Part shown: piece by piece, positions 19,152 through 28,663 of the stretch
How positions within the stretch are numbered: position 1 is the stretch's first letter
Layout: every line of letters starts with the position of its first letter
Assembly: GCA_043821115.1 (NCBI GenBank)
Contig: JBDRDD010000007.1
Location: forward strand, 6,276-70,275
DNA: 64,000 nucleotides
Direction: 5' to 3'
DNA from: a bacterium
Lineage (GTDB): Bacteria; CAYTYR01; UBA6262; DAOVJB01
The notes under the pieces: model-generated
What the model saw: only the letters and a program-made list of their open reading frames with translations
Told to the model about the DNA's origin: nothing
Database searches by the model: none
Translations under genes and position numbers: made by a program

Positions 19152-20576
19152 TTGAAAGAACAGGCGAATATTCTTATAGTCGAACATGAAGCTTCGGTTT
19201 GTGATACCCTAAAAGGCATCCTCGCACAGGATGGCTATAATGTTGAATCGGCCACACTTGGCAAAGATGCGCTGCTACATCTGAAGGATTCTGTGTTTAA
19301 CATGGTGGTCTTGGATGTAAGTCTGCCTGATATAAACAGTCTTGACCTGCTCAGGGCTCTTAGACGGTCAAGTCCTTTTGTCTTTGTTCTTGCCACCGCG
19401 GGTGGCGGTGATTTCGAAAGGGTATTGGCTGCGGTAGAGGGAGGGGCATACAGCTATATAATGAAGCCCTGCAATAGCGACGAATTCAAGGTCATGGTAA
19501 AAAAGGGTATCGAAAGCCAGAAACAGATTCTGGTTAATCTGAAGTTACTTGAGAAGCTCAAAGAAAAGAAGGAGAAGACAGAGGATATACTATCTATATG
19601 CGAGGCGATGAGTTCGACCAATGATATGGGAACGCTTGTAAATCTTATTGTTAGCGAAATCTCGCGTTTTCTAGGTGCGAAAAAAGCATCTCTTATGCTG
19701 GTTGAGGAAGGGTTGCAGTATCTGGTTATAAAAGCTGCAAAAGGTATAGATGAGAAAATTGTAAAAGCCACCAAGATACGTATTGGTGATGGCATAGCGG
19801 GATGGATAGCACAGGAAGGTAAGCCATGGGTCGTCACGGATATTGAGCAGGACTCAAGGACCAGACAGCGTAACAAGTCCTCATATGAGACCAAATCATT
19901 CATGAGTATACCCATTAAGCTAGGTAGCAAGGTGAGGGGTGTTGTGAATATTTCCGACAGGGTAACTGAAGGGGCCTCCAGTTTCACGGAGGAGGACCTG
20001 CGCCTGAGTATGATAATAATGCGCCAGGCGGCAAGCGCTTTGCAGAACTGTTACCTTAACGAGAAGATAGCAAAGATTGACATAAAAGATAACATTACCG
20101 ATGCGTTCAACCAGAAATATCTTAATCAGAGACTGATAGAAGAGATAAGCAGGGTACACCGTTACAAGGGATGTCTTTCAGTCGTAATGCTCGATATAGA
20201 TTATTTCAAGCAGTACAATGACAGAGCCGGTTACATGATGGGCAATACGATAATAAAGGAGTTTTCTCAGATAATTAAGGAGAACATACGCGGTGTGGAC
20301 ACGATGGCGCGCTACGAAGGCGGATGTTTCGTGCTTATCCTGCCTCAAACCGATGTCAAAAGTGCATACGCGGTAGCGGAAAAGATAAGAAAGGTAATAA
20401 GCGAGTATCCTTTCCCGGAATCGCAGAAGCAGCCTGCGGGACGGGTGACCATAAGCGGGGGAATCGCGGAACTAGTAAAAGGCATGGACAAAGAAGAGCT
20501 TATTAGCAGGGCGTATCAGGCACTGTTGCAGGCTAAGGGGTCCGGTCAGAAAAATACTATTTCAATCCACACTTAA
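19152..20576 (+). CDS. Response regulator with REC-GAF-GGDEF architecture; GGDEF active-site motif degenerate (EGGCF), I-site RxxD retained
   Basis: REC (VLDVSLPD); GAF; GGDEF-fold with IRGVDTMARYEGGCFVLILPQTD instead of GG(D/E)EF. Confidence 0.9.
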   Translation: MKEQANILIVEHEASVCDTLKGILAQDGYNVESATLGKDALLHLKDSVFNMVVLDVSLPDINSLDLLRALRRSSPFVFVLATAGGGDFERVLAAVEGGAYSYIMKPCNSDEFKVMVKKGIESQKQILVNLKLLEKLKEKKEKTEDILSICEAMSSTNDMGTLVNLIVSEISRFLGAKKASLMLVEEGLQYLVIKAAKGIDEKIVKATKIRIGDGIAGWIAQEGKPWVVTDIEQDSRTRQRNKSSYETKSFMSIPIKLGSKVRGVVNISDRVTEGASSFTEEDLRLSMIIMRQAASALQNCYLNEKIAKIDIKDNITDAFNQKYLNQRLIEEISRVHRYKGCLSVVMLDIDYFKQYNDRAGYMMGNTIIKEFSQIIKENIRGVDTMARYEGGCFVLILPQTDVKSAYAVAEKIRKVISEYPFPESQKQPAGRVTISGGIAELVKGMDKEELISRAYQALLQAKGSGQKNTISIHT

Positions 20577-20579
20577 ATC

Positions 20580-21005
20580 ATGAAACACACCACACTAACA
20601 AGCAGCGTCCATCAGACAGTACAGTTTGGAAAACAATTCTCTAAAAAACTCAAGCCCGGAGATGTAGTGGCTCTGACGGGTGCTCTTGGAGCAGGCAAGA
20701 CTTCTTTTACACAGGGTATTGCCCGTGGGCTTGGGGTAAAAGGCTATGTAAGAAGTCCTTCCTTTACATTGATTAATGAATACAGCGGTAAATTACCGGT
20801 GTTTCACTTTGACCTTTACAGGCTTGAGAATATCCGCGAGATAGAATCCCTGGGATACGGGGATTACTTTTTTGGCAGCGGGGTGACAGTCATAGAATGG
20901 GCTGAGAAGGCAAAAGAAATTCTTCCAGGAAACTATTGGCTGATAAAACTCGTTAGCACCGGTGAGAACATACGCAGGATCACTGTGAGGAAAGTAGGCA
21001 AATGA
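20580..21005 (+). CDS. tsaE: tRNA threonylcarbamoyladenosine biosynthesis ATPase TsaE
   Basis: P-loop GALGAGKTSFTQGIARGLGV; 141 aa. Confidence 0.92.
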   Translation: MKHTTLTSSVHQTVQFGKQFSKKLKPGDVVALTGALGAGKTSFTQGIARGLGVKGYVRSPSFTLINEYSGKLPVFHFDLYRLENIREIESLGYGDYFFGSGVTVIEWAEKAKEILPGNYWLIKLVSTGENIRRITVRKVGK

Positions 21006-21730
21006 AAGTACTGGGACTGGAAACCTCGACCTTGATAGGAAGTGTGGCCCTTATTGACTCAAACGGGAATTGTCATGAAGAGGCATGGGACGTCGGGAGC
21101 GCTCATTCGGATGCTGTGTTTGGGAGTATAGACAGGATCCTCATCAGAGCAAAAGCGCATGCAAGCGATATTGATGCAGTCGCAGTGTCATTGGGTCCCG
21201 GGTCATTTACGGGAATACGAATAGGCGTAACAATCGCACGCACGCTGGGTCAAGTGCTTGGAAAACCCGTGGCAGGTATATCAACGCTGGATGTACTGGC
21301 TCATAACGTTGCAGTGTCGGACGTATTGATATGCCCGGTTATTGATGCCCTTCGCGCAGAGGTTTATACAGCGCTTTTTGAATATAGTGGTAAAGAAAAA
21401 AAACTAAAGAAACTAACTGACTATTCTATAGTGGAAGTAGATAAACTAAAATCCTGGATCTATTCCAAAAATAAGAAAAGGTATAAGCACATTGTTTTGG
21501 TTGGGCCCGCGCTGGACAAATATGAGAATATTCTCAGGGAAAAGTTTAAGAAGACCGCAGTTATGGGAAATAAAAAAGACTTGTTCCCTCATGCAAGTAC
21601 GGTGGCAGAGCTGGGGGCAAAGGCAGTTGTTGATCGCAGGGCTCAGAGCTGGAATAAGATATTGCCTTTATATATCCGGCGTTCTGAGGCTGAAGTTAAG
21701 TGGGACCAGAGGAATAAGGTAAAAAAATAG
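21002..21730 (+). CDS. tsaB: tRNA threonylcarbamoyladenosine biosynthesis protein TsaB
   Basis: MKVLGLETSTLIGSVALID... YeaZ-type N-terminus; ATGA overlap with tsaE. Confidence 0.9.
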   Translation: MKVLGLETSTLIGSVALIDSNGNCHEEAWDVGSAHSDAVFGSIDRILIRAKAHASDIDAVAVSLGPGSFTGIRIGVTIARTLGQVLGKPVAGISTLDVLAHNVAVSDVLICPVIDALRAEVYTALFEYSGKEKKLKKLTDYSIVEVDKLKSWIYSKNKKRYKHIVLVGPALDKYENILREKFKKTAVMGNKKDLFPHASTVAELGAKAVVDRRAQSWNKILPLYIRRSEAEVKWDQRNKVKK

Positions 21731-21808
21731 TACACTTCCTTTAATATTTATTGGCGTTTGTGTTATATAATGTTAAAATACTGTATGCATTTAGAAAGTA
21801 TACTAGCC

Positions 21809-21843
21809 TTGACTTTATTTTATTTTTATGGTATACTTATAAT
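21809..21843 (+). promoter_or_regulatory. Sigma70-type promoter for the kinase gene cluster
   Basis: TTGACT - 17 nt - TATACT followed directly by TATAAT; 14-mer GGTATACTTATAAT identical to the one at 34646..34659. Confidence 0.5.
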
Positions 21844-21863
21844 GCATAGAAGTATCCTTAACA

Positions 21864-21897
21864 TTATAATATAATGATATATGACATTATATTATAA
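21864..21897 (+). promoter_or_regulatory. Perfect 13-bp inverted repeat (candidate operator) just downstream of the promoter -10
   Basis: TTATAATATAATG - 8 nt (atatatga) - CATTATATTATAA. Confidence 0.45.
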
Positions 21898-21910
21898 AGG
21901 GGGATTCTGT

Positions 21911-23353
21911 ATGCTTTTAAAAAGAAAGTTGCTTTTAGCATTTTTAGGCATATCACTTTTTATTGTTCTTGTGACAAGTATAGTTCTCATCGATAGTGGC
22001 AAAACATTGAACAAGGCAATAGAGCTTACAAGCCAGTGGAACACGGCCCAGTTAAAAATCATAGAGGCTCAGGAAGCAGAGAAAAATTACGTCCTTGAAC
22101 GCAAAGGGCTTATTCCGCACCTGGGTGCCGGTTATGAAAAGGAATTCTTCACGTCTGTCGATAGTGCGAAGGATGCGTCAAGGCGTGACAAAGAAATAGT
22201 AATTGTAATAGAAATTTACTCGGATTATTTTACAGAGGTACTGGAGAAGGACACTCTTGATGAGAAAACAATAGAAACGCTGCGTGATAAGGGCAATGAG
22301 GCGAGAAAGATTGTCTCGGAAAAAGTTGTAAGCGTTCAGAATAAAGCTGGTGACACCCAGAAGAGGATTTCATCAATACTTCTCGTCGCCTTTTTTGTGG
22401 GTGCGGGAGTCTCTGTAGGTGGTGCTGTATTCTTTTCCAGGCTTATAGCTGAACCGCTTGTGAAACTGACACGAAGCGCGCGCAAGATAGCCGAAGGTGA
22501 TATATCTCAGGAAGTTCCTGTAATAAGCCAGGATGAAATAGGGGAGATAGCTGCTGTCGTAAACAAGCTCTCCCATGAACTGTTTAAGGCGAATAAAACC
22601 CTTGCCGACGGGAAGAAAGATCTCGAGCTACAGCTTGCCAGGCATACAAAGGAACTCCAGGATAAGCAATCTGATACGATAGAGTCAGAGAGAAAGGGTG
22701 CGGTCGAGCAGCTGGTCAACGCGATAGATACCGGGCTTACCATGAAACTCAGTAACCTCCGGGCGCTTGTATACCAGATGAGAGACAAAATTCCAAAAGA
22801 AGAGAAGGCCCTTTCGTTAGATATGACAAATGTTGTAAGAAGTGTTAACCAGGCTACCAGGGTAAGCAATAATATCCTAGCGTATTTTAAGCACCCTGTC
22901 CTGAATATAGAGTTTTCAGATGTAAACCGCGCCATCCAGGAAACCTTGATGATGAAGGAAAAAGAAGGTATATTCGATGACATCAAGGTAGTGCGCAGGC
23001 TGCAGGGGGGTATTCCCCAGATTCCTCTTGACGCGAGGTACATGAAAATTGCCCTTGATAACCTCTTTACCAATGCATACCAGGCAATGAGCGGGGCGGG
23101 GGAACTTATAGTTATGACAAGCGCCGTGCCCGGTGAAATAGAGATAAAGATCACGGATTCGGGAGTCGGCGTAAGCGATGACAACAGGGGTAAGATATTT
23201 ACACCGTTTTTTACCACCAGGGAAGACAACCTCGGGCTGGGTTTGGTAGTAGTTAGGGAGATAATAAAGCAGCATCGAGGCAACATAGCGATGCAGAGTA
23301 CGGTTGGAAAAGGAACCACTTTCATAATAAAGCTGCCGGTGGTTCCGAAATAA
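21911..23353 (+). CDS. Histidine-kinase-like sensor (TM, HAMP, HATPase_c) lacking a recognisable phospho-acceptor His in the H-box position
   Basis: Complete N, G1, F, G2 boxes (LDNLFTNAYQAM, DSGVGV, IFTPFFTT, GLGLVVV); H-box position reads VNAIDTGLTMKLSNL; start set to second ATG (21911), which has an RBS. Confidence 0.85.
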   Translation: MLLKRKLLLAFLGISLFIVLVTSIVLIDSGKTLNKAIELTSQWNTAQLKIIEAQEAEKNYVLERKGLIPHLGAGYEKEFFTSVDSAKDASRRDKEIVIVIEIYSDYFTEVLEKDTLDEKTIETLRDKGNEARKIVSEKVVSVQNKAGDTQKRISSILLVAFFVGAGVSVGGAVFFSRLIAEPLVKLTRSARKIAEGDISQEVPVISQDEIGEIAAVVNKLSHELFKANKTLADGKKDLELQLARHTKELQDKQSDTIESERKGAVEQLVNAIDTGLTMKLSNLRALVYQMRDKIPKEEKALSLDMTNVVRSVNQATRVSNNILAYFKHPVLNIEFSDVNRAIQETLMMKEKEGIFDDIKVVRRLQGGIPQIPLDARYMKIALDNLFTNAYQAMSGAGELIVMTSAVPGEIEIKITDSGVGVSDDNRGKIFTPFFTTREDNLGLGLVVVREIIKQHRGNIAMQSTVGKGTTFIIKLPVVPK

Positions 23354-23372
23354 ACCAAGAAGGATTCAGCCA

Positions 23373-24398
23373 ATGAAGATCAATATGAAGAAAAGAAGCA
23401 AACTGATAAATAAGCTTATAGGGTTATTCGTACTTGTCACTATCCCTATCCTTGCGATAAGCGTTAAACTGCTTATTGCCTCCAATAAATTTGACTTGGG
23501 ATCTGTGATATACATAGCGTACAGCGTCATTATAGCTGTAATAATCGCGGTGTTCTTTATTAACCACAGCATCATACGTCCGCTGGAGCAGCTCCATGAA
23601 GGATCTGAAAAGATAAAGGACGGTGATTTCGAGCACAGGCTTGTCGTGAGGTCAAATGACGAGATAGGGGACCTGACCAACTCGTTTAACGAGATGACGG
23701 ATGACATGAGGCGAAAGATAGTAGAGCTGGGTGAGTACAACACCACCCTCAAGGATAAACTTGAGAGGGCGAGCCTCGAGCTGAAGAAAAGCCAGGAGAA
23801 ACTCCTTCATCTTGAGAAAATCTCCACAATGAAGCAGATCGTTACATCCGTGACGCATGATCTGAAAGATCCTTTAACCGGTATAAAGACCGCCGCTTAT
23901 TACCTCGGTGAGAAGATCAGCAAGGATAACCCGGCGCTTACGAATATAATACGCGACATTGAAACAGAGATAGAGTACGCCGACAATATAGTGACCAACA
24001 TACTCTCTCTGGCGCGTCCTACAAATACGGGCCTTAAGCCCACAAATATAAATGAGGTAGTTGAGAAAGCCATTGCTCTTATAACCTCGCAGGCCATATT
24101 GCAGAAGATAAAGATTGTGAAGGTCCTTCATCCGTCTCTTCCCGCAATGCTTGCCGATGATACGCAGCTTAAACAGGTATTTATTAACTTGCTTCTTAAC
24201 GTCTTCCAGAGTATGCCACAGGGAGGGGAGCTTACCATAAGTACAGCAGAGAATGCAGGCAGGCTGGAGGTTAAGATAGTTGACTCAGGCAACAATGACA
24301 GGGTGTTCGAACCTATATTCAGCTCCAGGGACAATGACAAAAACAGAGACCTGGTCATTATGACCGAGGTAGCAAGAAACAGGGAATATGACGAATAA
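23373..24398 (+). CDS. Sensor histidine kinase with intact H-box but degenerate/truncated ATP-binding domain
   Basis: HAMP; H-box SVTHDLKDPLTGI; N-box NLLLNV and DSGNN present, but G2 box replaced (DKNRDLVIM) and protein ends about 30 aa early relative to its paralog. Confidence 0.85.
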   Translation: MKINMKKRSKLINKLIGLFVLVTIPILAISVKLLIASNKFDLGSVIYIAYSVIIAVIIAVFFINHSIIRPLEQLHEGSEKIKDGDFEHRLVVRSNDEIGDLTNSFNEMTDDMRRKIVELGEYNTTLKDKLERASLELKKSQEKLLHLEKISTMKQIVTSVTHDLKDPLTGIKTAAYYLGEKISKDNPALTNIIRDIETEIEYADNIVTNILSLARPTNTGLKPTNINEVVEKAIALITSQAILQKIKIVKVLHPSLPAMLADDTQLKQVFINLLLNVFQSMPQGGELTISTAENAGRLEVKIVDSGNNDRVFEPIFSSRDNDKNRDLVIMTEVARNREYDE

Positions 24399-25878
24399 CT
24401 TTACATTGCGAGACTTGGAACAAACAAAACGTTCTCAGGAGATGAGCGTTATGACTTCGGGTCCGATAAGTATATTAATCATTGATGATGAGCCCATCAT
24501 CAGAGATACCATGGCTTGTATCTTTACTGACGAAGGCTACCAGGTGGTGGTTGCTTCTACAGGTACGGAAGCAATAGCGCTTGGGAAAACCTCGTTTTTC
24601 AACGTGGCTATCATAGATTTAAAATTGCCGGACATGAACGGTCTTGAGGTCTTAGGCGCTATCAGGCAGTCAAATCCCCTGATATGCGCGCTTCTTATCA
24701 CCTCACATCCGACTACTAATACCCTTATAAGCGCGGTAAAAGCGGAAGCTTACGATTATATAAGAAAGCCTTTTGACATAAATCACATAAAGCTTGTCGT
24801 CAAGCGCGGCGTGGAACGCCAGCGCCTCTTCATAGAGAATGAAAAACTGCTTAAAAGTCTGACCGGGGAGAAGAGGAAGCTCGAGGCTATACTGCAGGTC
24901 AGTGAAATGATGAGCTCCATACTAAACCTTGATAAGCTGGTGAACTTTCTTGTTGTAAAATCAATGGACGTTCTTGAAGCCAAGCGCGGTTCCATAATGC
25001 TCCTTGATAGTAATGAGAGGCATTTGTTCATAAAAAGCGCCAAGGGCTTAAGCGAGCATATAGTAAAAGACACCAAGGTTAAGCTGGGAGAGAGGATCTC
25101 GGGATGGGTTGCCCAGGAGGGGAAACCGCTGCTCGTGGCAGATGTTGAAAAGGACCTGCGTCTTCAGAGGAAAAACAGACCCCAGTATATCACAAAATCA
25201 TTTTTGAGCGTTCCTCTTAAGCTTGAGGATAAGGTAATAGGAGTGATAAACCTTACGGATAAGCTCAAGAGTCCCAACGGTGTATTCACTGACGAGGACC
25301 TTAAATTCCTATCCATCATAGTCCAGCAGGGTGCGGTTGCCATAGAGAACGCGAAGTTATACAAGAAGGTGAGCTGGCTTGCGATTACTGACGCGTTAAC
25401 GGAGCTATTCAACCAGCGCTATTTCCAGGTGCGTCTGGCTGAGGAAATTAACCGTGCAAGGCGTTACGTTCGTCCGCTGTCGCTGATCATGCTTGATATA
25501 GATTATTTTAAGAACTACAATGATGTAAACGGCCATCTTAAGGGGAATATCCTGCTTCGCGGTATAGCGCAGATACTTAAGAACAGTGCCCGAGGCGTTG
25601 ATATACTCAGCCGTTACGGTGGTGAGGAATTTGTGGTGATACTGCCGGAAACAGATCTTGCTGACGCCCAGGCTGTAGCTGAGAAAATACGAAAGGCAGT
25701 GGAGGATACAGTGTTCGAGGGAGAGGAAAAGCAGCCCTTGGGAAAAATTACCATAAGCGGCGGCGTGGCTGTGTACCGTCAGAATATAACGGAAGACCAG
25801 TTTATAGGAAGGGCGGATGAAGCGCTCTACAGGGCTAAGGAACTGGGAAGAAATAAAATTTGTGTTTATGAGCAATAA
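24388..25878 (+). CDS. Response regulator diguanylate cyclase (REC-GAF-GGDEF, canonical GGEEF)
   Basis: REC (IIDLKLPDMNG); GAF; I-site RGVD and A-site SRYGGEEFVVILPETD; true start may be an internal Met near 24448. Confidence 0.9.
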   Translation: MTNNFTLRDLEQTKRSQEMSVMTSGPISILIIDDEPIIRDTMACIFTDEGYQVVVASTGTEAIALGKTSFFNVAIIDLKLPDMNGLEVLGAIRQSNPLICALLITSHPTTNTLISAVKAEAYDYIRKPFDINHIKLVVKRGVERQRLFIENEKLLKSLTGEKRKLEAILQVSEMMSSILNLDKLVNFLVVKSMDVLEAKRGSIMLLDSNERHLFIKSAKGLSEHIVKDTKVKLGERISGWVAQEGKPLLVADVEKDLRLQRKNRPQYITKSFLSVPLKLEDKVIGVINLTDKLKSPNGVFTDEDLKFLSIIVQQGAVAIENAKLYKKVSWLAITDALTELFNQRYFQVRLAEEINRARRYVRPLSLIMLDIDYFKNYNDVNGHLKGNILLRGIAQILKNSARGVDILSRYGGEEFVVILPETDLADAQAVAEKIRKAVEDTVFEGEEKQPLGKITISGGVAVYRQNITEDQFIGRADEALYRAKELGRNKICVYEQ

Positions 25879-25917
25879 AACTAATTGACTATAACACTAT
25901 AGATTGGTATTATATAT

Positions 25918-25943
25918 GATAAGTAAAGACAGCTTTACTTATC
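25918..25943 (+). promoter_or_regulatory. AT-rich perfect hairpin in the hisG upstream region (terminator or attenuator-like)
   Basis: gataagtaaag-acag-ctttacttatc (11-bp arms) followed by atatttttattt. Confidence 0.4.
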
Positions 25944-25968
25944 ATATTTTTATTTGAGGTGAGAAGAT

Positions 25969-26841
25969 ATGAAGAAACTAAAACTTGGGTTGCCCAAGGG
26001 AAGCCTGCAGGAGTCAACCCTTACGCTTTTCAAAAAAGCCGGCATAAAGATATCAGTAGGATCACGTTCCTATTTCCCGTCATGCGATGACGAGGAGCTG
26101 GATATAATGATGGTGCGCGGGCAGGAAGTGGCGAAGTACGTGGAAGACGGTGTGTTTGACGCGGGGCTTGCGGGTTATGACTGGATAAAGGAAACAAGGG
26201 CTGATGTCAAAGAGGTAACTGAGCTCATCTACGCCAAGCAGGGATACAGGCCTGTGCGGTGGGTGCTCGCAGTCAGCCAGGATTCTCCGGCCAAGAAGGT
26301 AAAGGACCTAAAAGGCAAACGCATAGCAACGGAACTAGTAGATGTAGTCAAGAAGTATTTATCCAAAAACAAGGTAAATGCAAAGGTCGAATTCTCCTGG
26401 GGAGCCACAGAGGCTAAAGCCCCGTACCTGGCAGATGCCATCGTGGAACTGACAGAGACAGGTGCATCTCTTAGGGCAAATAAGCTAAGGATCATAGATA
26501 CCGTGATGGAATCCACCACTCGCCTTATTGCCAACAAGAAGGCTTTGAAGGATCCCTGGAAGAAGAGGAAGATAGAGAACATTTCCCTTCTTCTTACCGG
26601 GGCGCTTGCAGCAGAAGGCATGGTAGGCCTTAAGATGAATCTTGCTGAAGCAAAGCTTGCGCAGGTTTCAAGGGTTCTGCCTGCTCTTAAGAAGCCGACC
26701 ATCTCTAAACTCAATCAAAAGGGATGGATAGCAATAGAAGTCATAATTGAAGAGAACATAGTCAAGAAGATAATACCTGAATTAAAACGAGCCGGGGCAG
26801 AGGGTATTATAGAGTATCCGCTCAACAAGGTTATCTATTGA
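25969..26841 (+). CDS. hisG: ATP phosphoribosyltransferase (long form)
   Basis: [26 protein letters not shown]...; 290 aa with C-terminal regulatory domain. Confidence 0.92.
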   Translation: MKKLKLGLPKGSLQESTLTLFKKAGIKISVGSRSYFPSCDDEELDIMMVRGQEVAKYVEDGVFDAGLAGYDWIKETRADVKEVTELIYAKQGYRPVRWVLAVSQDSPAKKVKDLKGKRIATELVDVVKKYLSKNKVNAKVEFSWGATEAKAPYLADAIVELTETGASLRANKLRIIDTVMESTTRLIANKKALKDPWKKRKIENISLLLTGALAAEGMVGLKMNLAEAKLAQVSRVLPALKKPTISKLNQKGWIAIEVIIEENIVKKIIPELKRAGAEGIIEYPLNKVIY

Positions 26842-26857
26842 TCTTTTAGAGGATATA

Positions 26858-28324
26858 ATGACAGTAAGAGTGAGATTCGCACCTTCGCCGACAGGCTTTC
26901 TGCATATAGGTTCTGTCAGGACCGCATTGTATAACTGGTTGTTCGCAAGACACCATAAGGGTGTCTTTATCCTTAGGATAGAGGACACAGATGAAGTAAG
27001 GTCCACCAAGGAATCTGTTGACGCAATCCTTGACGGCATGAGGTGGCTCGGTCTTGACTGGGATGAAGGCCCCGAAAAGGGAGGGGATTTCGGCCCGTAT
27101 TTTCAGATGCAGCGCGCTGATATTTACCAGAAACAGGCACAGAAACTTTTAGAAGGAAATAAGGCATATTACTGCTATTGCACTCCGGAAGAGCTAAAAG
27201 AACGCCGCGAACAAACCATAAAAGAAAAAAAGCCCCCGAAATATGACGGTCGCTGCAGGGACCTGGATGAGGCGAAAAAAGCCAAGTATGAGAAAGAGGG
27301 AAGAAGGCGCGTAGTGCGCTTCAGGATGCCCGGAGCGGGTAAGACAAAGATAAGAGATCTTGTTAAGGGCGATATAGAGTTTGACAACGCGGTGCTCGAT
27401 GATTTCGTTATAATGAAATCAAACGGCACCCCGATTTATAATTTCGCAAATGTAATAGATGACAGCCTCATGGAAATTTCACACATTATAAGAGGCGATG
27501 ACCATATTTCAAATACCCCGAGGCAGGTACTGCTTTACGAAGCCCTGGGTTTTAATGTTCCTGAGTTCGCTCATGTTGCCATGATCCACGGCTCTGACGG
27601 AGGCAGGCTCAGTAAGCGTCACGGCGCGACAGCGCTGGAGCAGTACCACCAAGAGGGGTATCTGCCGCAGGCACTGCTTAATTACCTGGCCCTTCTGGGC
27701 TGGTCAACAAGTGACTCCCAGCAGCTTTTTACGATTGATGAGATGGTAGAAAAATTTTCCCTTGATGGCTGTGGTAAGAGCGCCGCTGTATTTGATCCGC
27801 AGAAACTGCTATGGATGAACGGGGAATACCTTAGGAAACTTGAGCCTGAAAGGCTTGTTGAGATATCAATACCTTACCTTGAGAAGCAAGGACTGGTAAA
27901 CAAGGATACAAGGTATGAATATTTAAGGAAGATAATATCACTCGAACAGGAGAAGATGAAGCTTGTTTCTGATGTGGTCGGCCTGGTTGACTTTTTTCTA
28001 AGAGATGATGTAGAGTTTGATGAAAAGGCCGTGAACAAGGTCCTGAAAAAAGAGCATGCTCCGAAAGCCCTTGAAGCTATGGCAGCTAAGCTTAAAGAGA
28101 TGGATGAGAAGGATTTCGTTTGTGATAAACTTGAGAAACTTACACGTGATGTTGCAGAGGTTCTTGGTTTCAAAGCCGGGCAGGTGTTTCATCCAGTGCG
28201 TGTTAGTATAAGCGGGAAAACCACAGGTCCGGGACTGTTTGAGATGATGGAAGTTCTTGGAAAAGAAAAAGTACTTAAGCGTATAACCAGGGTGCAGAAA
28301 GAAATATTTCAGGAAAATGCATAA
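26858..28324 (+). CDS. gltX: Glutamate--tRNA ligase
   Basis: Class I HIGH RFAPSPTGFLHIGSVRTALYNWLFA; KMSKS-like LSKRHG. Confidence 0.95.
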   Translation: MTVRVRFAPSPTGFLHIGSVRTALYNWLFARHHKGVFILRIEDTDEVRSTKESVDAILDGMRWLGLDWDEGPEKGGDFGPYFQMQRADIYQKQAQKLLEGNKAYYCYCTPEELKERREQTIKEKKPPKYDGRCRDLDEAKKAKYEKEGRRRVVRFRMPGAGKTKIRDLVKGDIEFDNAVLDDFVIMKSNGTPIYNFANVIDDSLMEISHIIRGDDHISNTPRQVLLYEALGFNVPEFAHVAMIHGSDGGRLSKRHGATALEQYHQEGYLPQALLNYLALLGWSTSDSQQLFTIDEMVEKFSLDGCGKSAAVFDPQKLLWMNGEYLRKLEPERLVEISIPYLEKQGLVNKDTRYEYLRKIISLEQEKMKLVSDVVGLVDFFLRDDVEFDEKAVNKVLKKEHAPKALEAMAAKLKEMDEKDFVCDKLEKLTRDVAEVLGFKAGQVFHPVRVSISGKTTGPGLFEMMEVLGKEKVLKRITRVQKEIFQENA

Positions 28325-28331
28325 GGAGGGT

Positions 28332-28655
28332 ATGATGCCAGATAAAAAAGATATTCCGAATCATCACTTCATGAGTCTGGTGTTCTCGCTATCACAGTCA
28401 ATTATGGCTCTGCTTGGAAAGATACAGAATCCTGCTACAGGCAAGATGGAACAGAACCTGGACCAGGCGAAGCTTACGATAGATATGCTTGAAATGCTAA
28501 AGGAGAAGACAAAAGGTAATCTTGTTCCTACAGAGGAGAAGATGCTTCTTGCCACACTTCAGAATATCTATCTCAATTACGCGGATGAAATAAAAAAGGT
28601 TTCAGGTGAAAAGTCAAAGCCGGAAGAACCGAAAAAAGAAGAGAAAAAGAAATAA
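28332..28655 (+). CDS. DUF1844-like small protein
   Basis: FMSLVFSLSQSIMALLGKIQNPATGKMEQNLDQAKLTIDMLEMLKEKTKGNL; start set to ATG with aggaggg RBS. Confidence 0.7.
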   Translation: MMPDKKDIPNHHFMSLVFSLSQSIMALLGKIQNPATGKMEQNLDQAKLTIDMLEMLKEKTKGNLVPTEEKMLLATLQNIYLNYADEIKKVSGEKSKPEEPKKEEKKK

Positions 28656-28663
28656 GAGAATAA

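Noticed and set aside
21881-21910. First in-frame ATG (21881) as start of the kinase-like gene
   Set aside because: It lies inside the AT-rich palindrome with no RBS; the ATG at 21911 is preceded by aaaggggga and begins the hydrophobic N-terminus.
22507-23373. 288-aa minus-strand ORF antisense to the kinase-like gene
   Set aside because: Shadow ORF: low-complexity Ser/Leu-rich translation, no RBS context, fully overlapped by a + strand gene with recognisable domains. Same reasoning for other long antisense ORFs (10562..11221, 15014..15574, 18023..18751, 46355..47026, 52953..53855, 56899..57513, 58422..59039, 60410..60985, 61233..62111, 63534..63992).
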